64,000 nt of DNA from contig OZ245046.1 of assembly GCA_965224245.1 (NCBI GenBank), positions 1,312,001 to 1,376,000 of the forward strand, given 5' to 3'. The notes beneath the pieces are model-generated. The model was not told the origin of the DNA. It did not search any database and worked only from the letters and a program-made list of their open reading frames with translations. How positions within the stretch are numbered: the first letter of the stretch is position 1; each line of letters opens with the position of its first letter. The position numbers and the translations under genes were made by a program. Positions 1 to 7,985 of this stretch are shown here, piece after piece. This stretch comes from Candidatus Eiseniibacteriota bacterium (GTDB lineage: Bacteria; Eisenbacteria; RBG-16-71-46; CAZAMP01).

Positions 1-2
1 TG

Positions 3-1103
3 TACTCCGGCTTCAGCCCCGCCGCCCACCGGCTCCGGCCGGTCGCGTTCGCGCCGACCGCGGACGTCCTCGTGAGAGCACGGCCGCGCCGCACCCTGCC
101 CGACGTCCCATCGGAGCTGCTGCGCCTCCACGGCACGCGCCAGGTCCGACACCCGTTCGCGTTCTGGGATCTCCTGGCCGCCGCCGGCTACGACGTCGGC
201 GTGATCGGCGCCTGGGAGGACGAGCCGGTGCCCGCTGGGGCGCGCGTGTTCTCGAGCGTGAGCCATCACGTCGTCGCCACGAGCCCGCCCACGCGGGTAC
301 TGGATCTCGCGCCGAGCCGTCACCTGTCGATCGATCCGGCGCTGGCCGAGCGGGCCGGGAACGCCGGGGTGGCCGCCGCGGTGACCGACATACCGCACGA
401 GGAGTGGATGTCGCTGCTGGCCGACGACGGTGCCGCCGATGCCGTCGTCGACGCCCCCTACGCCGATGGCGCGACGCCGACCGACCAGCGGCTGGCCCGG
501 CTCCGCGCGGTGTACGCGTCCGATCGGCTGCGCGTGGGGCTCCTGAAGGAGACGCTGCCGGTGATGACCGAGCCGTACTGTGTGTTCGCGTACATCCGCG
601 GCATCGACGTCGCGCAGCACTGCTTCCTGCATCAGCGTCTGGGGGAGATCGATCCGCGCGAGCGGGCGTTCGGGGATGTGATCGCGAGCTACTACCGCCG
701 CGTCGACGCGTGGCTGGGGGAGATCCTGTCCGAGGTGGGGGACGACACGCTGGTGCTGATCGTATCCGATCACGGAATCGATCCGACCGAGCGCCGCGCG
801 CACCCGTACAAGACCGGCTTTCACGACTTCGCGCCGAACGGCGTCTTCGTCGCGAACGTCCCGTCGCCCGGGGACGCGGTGGACGAGCCGGTGCACGTGC
901 TCGACGTTGCCCCCACGATCCTGAGTCGCGTGGGGCTGCCGGTCCACGCGGGCATGGAGGGTCGCGTGATTCCGTTCGTCACCGAGCGCACGTACGCGGT
1001 GGACGACTGGTGGTCATTGATGCCGACCGAGTACGAGCGCGGCAATCCGGAGCTGAGCACGCCCGAGATGGAGCGCTTCCTCAAGTCGATCGGCTATCTG
1101 TAG
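3..1103 (+). CDS. Alkaline phosphatase superfamily (type I phosphodiesterase/nucleotide pyrophosphatase-like) protein, 5'-partial
   Basis: Frame open from window start; DxxQH, LIVSDHG and DVAPTIL motifs; C-terminal LKSIGYL typical of this family. Confidence 0.7.
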   Translation, partial: YSGFSPAAHRLRPVAFAPTADVLVRARPRRTLPDVPSELLRLHGTRQVRHPFAFWDLLAAAGYDVGVIGAWEDEPVPAGARVFSSVSHHVVATSPPTRVLDLAPSRHLSIDPALAERAGNAGVAAAVTDIPHEEWMSLLADDGAADAVVDAPYADGATPTDQRLARLRAVYASDRLRVGLLKETLPVMTEPYCVFAYIRGIDVAQHCFLHQRLGEIDPRERAFGDVIASYYRRVDAWLGEILSEVGDDTLVLIVSDHGIDPTERRAHPYKTGFHDFAPNGVFVANVPSPGDAVDEPVHVLDVAPTILSRVGLPVHAGMEGRVIPFVTERTYAVDDWWSLMPTEYERGNPELSTPEMERFLKSIGYL

Positions 1104-1259
1104 GGGGGACGGGCCGGGGCCCGCGCGGGTGACGCGACCCGGCGTCAGCCCTCGAAGTCGGCGAGCCTGCGTGGCGAGCTCAGACGGTACATTCCGCTCT
1201 CCTCGATCGCGGCCCGAGCGCACGCGGTGCGGTCGCACGCGGTGCGTTCACACCGGCGG

Positions 1260-1346
1260 TCAGCGACGCAGCCACCACAAGAGGTCGATCGACATCGCCA
1301 GGATGACCACGAGCGCCAGAGCGGGGACAGACGCGAAGACAAACAT
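1260..1346 (-). CDS. Small 28-aa single-TM peptide MFVFASVPALALVVILAMSIDLLWWLRR (not in ORF track)
   Basis: AGGAGG 4 nt before ATG at 1346, TGA at 1262-1260, hydrophobic core with WW and basic tail, two upstream promoters. Confidence 0.6.
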   Translation of the reverse strand: MFVFASVPALALVVILAMSIDLLWWLRR

Positions 1347-1436
1347 GTTCCCTCCTACGGCAAGGCCCAGAGGTCGCGTCACATCCACCCTCACCCCTCC
1401 TCACTTCGAGACGCGCGAGCGCGCCTCTACGTCCGT

Positions 1437-1464
1437 AAATCGGCTCGATCTCGCGAGTGCTTTA
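1437..1464 (-). promoter_or_regulatory. sigma28 (FliA/SigD-type) promoter
   Basis: Minus strand cTAAAg...GCCGATTT with 16-nt spacer (TAAA-N16-GCCGATTT). Confidence 0.7.
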
Positions 1465-1485
1465 GGACGTGTCGACGGTGTGCAA

Positions 1486-1501
1486 TGCAAGGCACGGGCC
1501 A
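1486..1501 (-). promoter_or_regulatory. sigma54 -24/-12 promoter
   Basis: Minus strand TGGCCCGTGCCTTGCA (GG-N10-GC). Confidence 0.7.
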
Positions 1502-2189
1502 GCGCCTGCTCGGGCCATTCGCATCCGCCGGCGTTCCAAAGGATTACGGTGTGACGAGAAGGACGGTGGGGTCGCGAGCGGCCGCTCGCTCCGGTCGGGA
1601 ACCGTCCATCGCGCCGGTTCATCCCGACCAGGAATGAGCCAGCGACGGGAATCGAACGTGTACCCGGGTACACGTTCGCCCATGAAGACCTCCACGTCCA
1701 CGCTTCCGGTTGAGCCCTGCGCACGGAGTGCGCGGCAAGCGCGATCGAGAAAACGGACCGGGAAGATGGAATGGACGTCCTCGGAAGGACCGTGTCGCGA
1801 CACATGAGCGCCGCAGTCGTCACCTTACCGTGGCGGATCGTTGCTCATCAGCACCGCTCCGATGAGATCCCCGTCGTCGTCGTGGACCTCTCGGCGCAGG
1901 AGACGCAGCACGTCCGGAAGCTCCTGGCCATCCACCGGCACGTCGCGGGCGGCGCTGCTGGTCCCGGCGTGCAGGCGCGCCGTGCACGAGCAAGTCGATG
2001 ACGTGACCTCGGTCGCAGACGGAGATCGAGCGATTCGCCAGTCGACCGACCGGATGGGTTCCCGTCTATCGTGGTGGTGATCTCGCCGAGCGTCCCCGGC
2101 GCCGTCCGTTGCCGCACGGCCCGCGAGTGGTACGTCGACGGCACGTGCCTCGATCGAGTGAGCGAGTCCGGTGCCGGGACGAGACGCCC

Positions 2190-4679
2190 TCAGGAGAGCT
2201 TGGCCACGATCAGCGTGACGTCGTCCTCGGCGTCCCCGTCGGCGAAGTCGGCCGCGGCGTCGACGATCAGCGTTCGGAGCTCGGACGCCGACCGATCTCG
2301 ATGGGCCTGCACGAGCGCCACCACCCGGTCCTCGCCGAACTCGAGATCGCCGTGGTGCGTCTCGATGAGCCCGTCGGTGTAGAACACGATGACCGTGCCC
2401 GGCTCGGGCTGGAGCGTCTCGTGACGATACGACGCGGCCCGGTCGATTCCGAGGAGCAGCCCGCCGGTGCTCATCTCCAGCACCTCGCCCTCGGGCGGCA
2501 CGACCAGCGGCGGGGGATGCCCCGCGTTCGCGAAGGTGGTGGCCAGCGTGTCGGGATCGATCGTGGCGCAGAAGAGCGAGACGAACTGACCGGGCTCGAT
2601 GCTCTCGCAGAGCCGATCGTTCACGCACGCCAGGAGCTCGCCCGGCGTATCGTGTCGATCGGACTCCGCGCGAAGCGTCGCATCCACCGACGCCATGATC
2701 AGCGCGGCGGGCACGCCGTGCCCGGACACGTCTCCCACCGCGATGCCGAGGCGCCCCCCGGGCAGCTCGGTGTAACGGTAGAAGTCGCCGCCGACCTCGG
2801 TGCACGTCCGCGTTCCGCCGGCGATCTCGATCCGATCCAGCCGGGGATCCCGGTCGGGGAGGAGCTTCTGCTGGATGTCGCGCGCGACCGCGAGCTCCCT
2901 CGCGATGCGCTCCTCGTCCACGCGGCGCGCGTGGGAGATCGCGTTGCGCATGCCGACCTCGGCCTGGCCGGCGATCGACTGCAACAGCTCGAGGTCCTCC
3001 AGTCCGTACGACTCGCCGCCACGCCGGCGTCCGAGCGCCAGGACCGCCAGCATCTCGCGACGTCGACCCAGGGGGACGAGCACGCCGCCGTGGAACACGT
3101 TGAGGATGCGCTCCTCGGCGTCGCCGAGCTCGCCGAAGGGGAGGCTCTCCTCGATGTCGGTGGAACGGAGCGGTCGCGACGCGGTCGTGACGGTGTCGAG
3201 AAGCCGGGCCGGAAGCGGCGGGAGATCCAGATCCTCCAGCGGAAGCCCCGAGGCGTATGCCATCCGGAACTCGCCGCCACGCTGGCTCGCGTCGTCGGGC
3301 CGGAGGAAGATCGCGGCCTCGCGAACGCGGAGCGTGCGCGAGAGCTTGTCCACGACCGAGGACAGGAGCCCCCCGAGGTCGAGGATGCTCGGCAGCTCCC
3401 GGCCGAGCTCGCGCAGCATGCGCCGCTCGTCGTAGCGATCCCGGAACAGCGTCCGGTCGACGAGCCGTTCGATCCGGTGGCGAAGCGGCGTGAACACGGC
3501 GGCCACCGTCACCAGCGACAGGACCATGATCCAGCGGTTGCGCTCGCCGGTGGCGTTCTCGAGCACCCGCCCGAACACGATGTACACCCCCGACGTGATC
3601 AGGAAGAGACACGCGGTCAGGAGCGAGAAGGCCGCGCTCCGCTTCACCACGATCTCGATGTCGAGCACGCGATGGCGCACGATCGCGTACGCGAAGCTCG
3701 CGGGCATCACCAGAAGTCCGACCACGGCGACGTTCACGTACGTCGACCAGGAGTTCGGCCACACCAGGTGCACCGCGGTGCCGAGGAGGAGCGGCGCGAC
3801 GCCGACGAGCGTCCCCACCAGGACCACCGTGTAGCGCCGCCGTTCGGCTCGCGAGCGCACGCCCACGTAGCCGACCACGAAGCTCACGAGTGCCAGCGCG
3901 GCATACACCACCAGCGACAGCCCCGCGAGCACGTTGACCGCCATCGTCGCCAGCACGACGCCGGGCGGATGCCAGAGCCGCGCCGTGAACACGTACGCCA
4001 CCACCGGCAGCGCGATCAGCGCCGGAACGTAGAGCCACCGGAGCACCGGGGGATGCGCGCGCACGACGCCCGAGAGTCGCGGGAACAGCAGGAAGAAGTG
4101 CAGGATCACCGGCGCCAGGAGGAGCGCACCCAGCGACCGGCACAGCGCGAAGACCAGCGGCGCCACCGGTGGCGACTCGGGTGCGATCGGCAGCAGGACG
4201 AGCGAGAACGCGCTGCAGAACGCGAAGAACAGCAGCGTCAGGCGCCCCTCGATGTGGAGCGCCGCGTAGAGTCCGATCAGCAGGAACCCGATGCCGGTCA
4301 CGAGGCGCGCCAGGCGGGAGAGCCGCTCGTGGGCGTGAATCGCGGTGGCGTCCACCGAGATCGGCAGCGGGCCGTCCGGCGTGATCAGATCGAGCCGCGG
4401 CGTGCGCCCGAGAGCGCCGGAGTAGAAGTAGTCGTTCAGGAACGGGACGAGCGCATCGATCGGCTGATCGTTCACCCCGACGATGCGCGCGCCGACCGGG
4501 ATCCCGGCCCGCTCGCCCGGGCCGTCCGCGTCCAGCGAGACGATCCGATCGCCCTGGAGCGTCACCCCGAAGTACGGCTGATCGAAGAGAGCCTCGCCGC
4601 TCGCCGCGTAGAGCACGATGAGGAAGAGCCCCCAGGCGATGGCCAGGCGTTTTCTCCGACCGGCGTGGCGCGCTCTCAT
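2190..4679 (-). CDS. Membrane PP2C/SpoIIE-family (RsbU-like) phosphatase with N-terminal PDZ, multi-TM and GAF-like domains; start uncertain (ORF open to 4793)
   Basis: EVGGDFY, VGDVSGHG, ANAGHPPP, YTDGLIE and DDVTL motifs; PDZ-like GPGERAGIPVGARIVGVN; about 8 TM segments. Confidence 0.9.
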   Translation of the reverse strand: MRARHAGRRKRLAIAWGLFLIVLYAASGEALFDQPYFGVTLQGDRIVSLDADGPGERAGIPVGARIVGVNDQPIDALVPFLNDYFYSGALGRTPRLDLITPDGPLPISVDATAIHAHERLSRLARLVTGIGFLLIGLYAALHIEGRLTLLFFAFCSAFSLVLLPIAPESPPVAPLVFALCRSLGALLLAPVILHFFLLFPRLSGVVRAHPPVLRWLYVPALIALPVVAYVFTARLWHPPGVVLATMAVNVLAGLSLVVYAALALVSFVVGYVGVRSRAERRRYTVVLVGTLVGVAPLLLGTAVHLVWPNSWSTYVNVAVVGLLVMPASFAYAIVRHRVLDIEIVVKRSAAFSLLTACLFLITSGVYIVFGRVLENATGERNRWIMVLSLVTVAAVFTPLRHRIERLVDRTLFRDRYDERRMLRELGRELPSILDLGGLLSSVVDKLSRTLRVREAAIFLRPDDASQRGGEFRMAYASGLPLEDLDLPPLPARLLDTVTTASRPLRSTDIEESLPFGELGDAEERILNVFHGGVLVPLGRRREMLAVLALGRRRGGESYGLEDLELLQSIAGQAEVGMRNAISHARRVDEERIARELAVARDIQQKLLPDRDPRLDRIEIAGGTRTCTEVGGDFYRYTELPGGRLGIAVGDVSGHGVPAALIMASVDATLRAESDRHDTPGELLACVNDRLCESIEPGQFVSLFCATIDPDTLATTFANAGHPPPLVVPPEGEVLEMSTGGLLLGIDRAASYRHETLQPEPGTVIVFYTDGLIETHHGDLEFGEDRVVALVQAHRDRSASELRTLIVDAAADFADGDAEDDVTLIVAKLS

Positions 4680-4920
4680 GGGTGCGGAGAGTCTCCCGTC
4701 TGGGAAGCGTGTCGCGGTCTCAGGCTCGCGCATCGTACCACGAGCAGCCGTGGGCCCCGGCGGTGGACAGGATCTGGCCACACCGGTCGACAACTGACCT
4801 CCGCGTGGCGATCGGGGCGTGGGCGCGAGCGGCGCCCCAGCACGCTGCGCAGATCGGTCGCCGTTGCCAGGTGCCGGCGGAGCGCCAGGCCGGCGATCCG
4901 GTCACCGGCTGGCGAACGAC

Positions 4921-4936
4921 TGGCACATCGATTGCA
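4921..4936 (+). promoter_or_regulatory. sigma54 -24/-12 promoter of the flgN-fliW-csrA unit
   Basis: TGGCACATCGATTGCA, near-perfect consensus, 40 nt before AGGAGG-ATG. Confidence 0.85.
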
Positions 4937-4976
4937 ATGTGCCGGGAGCTCCGAGACTCCGTCGTGAGGAGGCCGA

Positions 4977-5504
4977 ATGAAGTCGACGTTCCCGAGCATC
5001 GCGAGCGGGACGCGCGGACTCGCCGATCCGATCGGAATGCCCGACGGGCGAGACGCGACACCCCCGCCATCCGAGACGCTGGCCCGGCTGGAGGACCTCC
5101 TGTGGCGGGAGCTGGATCACTATCGCGAGCTCTGCGACGTGCTGGCGCACGAGACCGGGATGCTCGAGGCCGATCGGCCCGAGGCGCTCCCGCCCCTGTT
5201 CGAGGAAGAGACCCGGATTCTCGAGGATGCACGCGATCTTGCGCCCCAGCGGACGCAGGCGCTCACGGAGGTGTCGGCGGCGCTCGGTGCGGCGCGAGCC
5301 CTGACGCTCGTGGAGGTGGCCGAGCGTCTCGAGGGTGACGAGCGGGTTCGACTGGAGAAGCTGCGTACCGCCCTCGCCCACATCGTGGCGAGAGTCGATC
5401 GGATCAACCGGACCAACCTGCTGCTGATCCGCAACCGCATGAGCCTGGTCCCGGCGTCCATGCACGCGATCCTCGAGGAGGCACCGTCTCGAACGGTCGT
5501 GTGA
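4977..5504 (+). CDS. flgN: FlgN-family flagellar export chaperone
   Basis: Helical protein with LxxLLxxExxxYxxL and LxxxVxxVxxINxxNxxLI pattern; adjacent to fliW/csrA. Confidence 0.7.
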   Translation: MKSTFPSIASGTRGLADPIGMPDGRDATPPPSETLARLEDLLWRELDHYRELCDVLAHETGMLEADRPEALPPLFEEETRILEDARDLAPQRTQALTEVSAALGAARALTLVEVAERLEGDERVRLEKLRTALAHIVARVDRINRTNLLLIRNRMSLVPASMHAILEEAPSRTVV

Positions 5505-5679
5505 GCCGGGGATCCGCCGTGAGCCGGGATGGCCGGATGCCGGTGCGCCCGCGTCGCCAGCCGCACCGACGCAGGGAGTGCTCCAGATGTCGGCCCGGAT
5601 GTCCGAGCTGTATCACAGGGCGGTGCCGATAGTCCGTCGCTCGGCCAGGATGGCCGATTGGTCCGGGAGGCCAAGGGAC
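5505..5679 (+). promoter_or_regulatory. GGA-hairpin array (putative CsrA-binding leader of fliW-csrA)
   Basis: 8 GGA motifs in 175 nt, including TCGGCCA-GGA-TGGCCGA (5641-5657), GCC-GGGAT-GGC and GCA-GGGAG-TGC; the last overlaps the RBS. Confidence 0.6.
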
Positions 5680-6126
5680 ATGGAGATCCAGACGCGGTTG
5701 TTCGGAACGATCGAGGTCGGGAACGAACGCCTCATCACGTTTCCAGGAGGCCTCGTCGGCTTCGAGGCGTGCACGCGCTTCGTGCTCGTCGAGTCCGAGG
5801 AGCTCGAGCCCCTCAGATGGCTGCAGTCGGTGGACGTGCCTCACCTGGCGTTTCCGATGGCCGACCCCGGCTACTTCATCGACGACTACGAGGTGCGGAT
5901 CACCGGCGACGACGAGGACATCCTCGACGTCGACGAGGAGTGCGACGAGATCGTGACGCTGGTGATCGTGACCCTGCCCGACCGGACGCACCCGGTCCGC
6001 GGCAACCTTCGTGCACCGATCGTGATCAATCTGAGCAATCGCATCGGTCGGCAGGTCGTGCTCAGCGACGAGACCTACGGCTACTGCCAGTCGAGCCTGG
6101 CGGAAGCGGCGCGCGTCGAGAAGTAG
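5680..6126 (+). CDS. fliW: Flagellar assembly factor / CsrA antagonist FliW
   Basis: TRLFGTIEV, ITFPGGLVGF, WLQS, NLRAPIVIN and GRQVVL motifs. Confidence 0.95.
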   Translation: MEIQTRLFGTIEVGNERLITFPGGLVGFEACTRFVLVESEELEPLRWLQSVDVPHLAFPMADPGYFIDDYEVRITGDDEDILDVDEECDEIVTLVIVTLPDRTHPVRGNLRAPIVINLSNRIGRQVVLSDETYGYCQSSLAEAARVEK

Positions 6127-6135
6127 GGGGAGAGC

Positions 6136-6387
6136 GTGCTGGTTCTGACGAGAAAGCCCGGCGAGAACATCCGGATCGGGTCCGACGTCGTGATCACCGT
6201 GCTCGGAGTGCGGTCCGGTCACGTGAAGATCGGGATACAGGCGCCTCGCGGCATCCCGGTTCATCGGGAAGAGGTATACGAGAAGATCGCCGAGACCAAT
6301 CGCGATGCGACGCGCCAGACGACCGACGATGCCGGAGAGGCCGCCCGGCGCGTTCGCTCGAAGCTGGAGCTCCCGCCCGAGGACTAG
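6136..6387 (+). CDS. csrA: Carbon storage regulator CsrA
   Basis: MLVLTRKPGENIRIG...VKIGIQAPRGIPVHREEVY; C-terminal extension typical of FliW-regulated CsrA. Confidence 0.97.
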   Translation: MLVLTRKPGENIRIGSDVVITVLGVRSGHVKIGIQAPRGIPVHREEVYEKIAETNRDATRQTTDDAGEAARRVRSKLELPPED

Positions 6388-6465
6388 ACCGTGTGCGACC
6401 CGTCGGCGCTCCCGATTCGACGGGGTGAGCTCGAACGGTCCACCGCCTTCTGGCAGAGATGGGGC

Positions 6466-6493
6466 TAAAGACCGGGCCACGTGCTGACGAAGA
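6466..6493 (+). promoter_or_regulatory. Putative sigma28 promoter of the flagellin-like gene
   Basis: cTAAAg with 16-nt spacer then GACGAAGA (5/8 match to GCCGATAA). Confidence 0.45.
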
Positions 6494-6554
6494 GTGCGGT
6501 GTGGCCCGACCGGTGGCCGCTTTGAACCACCACCCTCGGCACGGAGGAGCGCAC

Positions 6555-7310
6555 ATGACGTGGGCGGCATCCCGGATCCGACCGGACGACGGCCGGCGGC
6601 CGTCGCCCGACCTCGATGGCGACGTCGTCCTGCGCCAGCTCCGACTCGCCGAGTGCCGCCGACGCAACGGCCCCGTGGAGGACGTCGCCCGGAGATCCAT
6701 CGCGCCGGAGGCGAAACCGGTGGCGATCTCCGACGTCCCGCGGCGTCCGGGGCATTCCGTGAACACGCGACACGTGTGCGACGGCCTCGACGAGGCCAGA
6801 GACCTAATGGCGGTCGGGGAAGCCGCGCTCCGTCGGATCGACGACATCCTGACCGAGATCAGCGTGAAGATCACACGCACGGCATCTGGCGTGACCGAGG
6901 TCGGCGAACGCGAGGCCGCCTCTGCGCAGCTGACCGCGATGGTCGCCGAGATCGACGCGATCTCCGCCGAGACGAGATTCGACGGGGTCGAGCTGTTGAC
7001 CGGTGGTACGGTGCTGGTGTTCGCGGTGCGAGGACGGACGATCGTCACGTATGCGACGAACGCGTTCGACGCGGCGAGCCTCGGCATCCGGATCGGGTCG
7101 CGCACGAACCGCGATGCGATCGATCCGGCCAGCGACCCGACGTGTCTGAACGAGGTCGAGACGGCCCGCGTGCGCGTTCACGAGGCCATGGCCTCGCTCC
7201 GCTCCGTGATCGATCGCATCGCCATCGAGGAGCGTCTGATCCCGACGACCGACGACGAGTCCCGGGTTGCGTTCAGCCGCGGTGAGGATGCGGCCCCGCT
7301 CGCGGGGTAG
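6555..7310 (+). CDS. Degenerate flagellin-like protein (N-terminal helical D1 region kept, D0 termini absent)
   Basis: ARDLMAVGEAALRRIDDILTEI...EIDAISAETRFDGVELLTG matches the flagellin N-region; CLNEVETARVRV..SLRSVIDRI resembles the start of the C-region; RBS GGAGG before ATG 6555. Confidence 0.75.
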   Translation: MTWAASRIRPDDGRRPSPDLDGDVVLRQLRLAECRRRNGPVEDVARRSIAPEAKPVAISDVPRRPGHSVNTRHVCDGLDEARDLMAVGEAALRRIDDILTEISVKITRTASGVTEVGEREAASAQLTAMVAEIDAISAETRFDGVELLTGGTVLVFAVRGRTIVTYATNAFDAASLGIRIGSRTNRDAIDPASDPTCLNEVETARVRVHEAMASLRSVIDRIAIEERLIPTTDDESRVAFSRGEDAAPLAG

Positions 7311-7611
7311 AGCGAATCCGGCAGGCGCCGGGACCCGGACGGCTGGATCGCCGCGGTGCTGGCCCATGCCGGCCCGCTCGTGCGCGATACGTCGAAGCGG
7401 CGTGGTGGATGGCGAAGAGATCGGTCCGACCGGCCGAGAACGAGTGTGAGCCGGCGCGCGACCCGTCGACCCGAGTCGACGTCGCGAGGCCGCCGCTCTT
7501 CACAGGGTCGGCCATCCCCGATGACGCGGGGATCGCCGGAGGACGGATGGGTCCCGCACCCGCGATGCCAGCGGTGGTGCGGTCGTGAGTCGATGAGGGT
7601 GGAGGTGCATC

Positions 7612-7827
7612 GTGAGCACCGAGCACGACACGGCGTCCGGCGACGAGCTTCGGGTGGTGCCCGGCGGCGCGCCGCTCCCGGAGTCCGAGGAGAACCGATC
7701 GGACGAGGATGGTGTCCGGGCGCGCAAGGTCGCCGAGGCGCGGCTGAAGATCATGAACGCGTACTATTTGCGCGAGGACGTTCGACGAGAGCTCGCCGAG
7801 CGGCTGATCCTGGCGCTGGGCAGCTAG
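7612..7827 (+). CDS. flgM: FlgM-like anti-sigma28 factor
   Basis: Disordered acidic N-half plus VRARKVAEARLKIMNAYY...ELAERLI resembling the FlgM sigma-binding C-terminus; RBS GGAGGT. Confidence 0.6.
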   Translation: MSTEHDTASGDELRVVPGGAPLPESEENRSDEDGVRARKVAEARLKIMNAYYLREDVRRELAERLILALGS

Positions 7828-7985
7828 CCCCGGTCGGCCGGACGCCGACACGCATCCCTGGCCGCGCAACGGCTTGGGCCAGGCCCGGTTGAACCGATCC
7901 GGCTCGACTGGTAGGATGCCCGCCGCTTCGGGTTTGCGCAGCTCGCGAAACCCCCTCGCATCGTCCCCGAGCCGAGGAGAGTGGC

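Noticed and set aside
1462-1803. 113-aa minus-strand ORF
   Set aside because: No recognisable motif or clear RBS, and its 3' end runs over the sigma54 and sigma28 promoters; unresolved, not called.
1825-2189. Coding-looking tail (VPVDGQELPDVLRLLRREVHDDDGDLIGAVLM) resembling a PAS C-terminus
   Set aside because: No clear start or RBS; may be a short gene or remnant, but it cannot be supported by eye.
5625-5632. GCCGATAG sigma28 -10-like box upstream of fliW
   Set aside because: No TAAA-like -35 element at 15-16 nt spacing.
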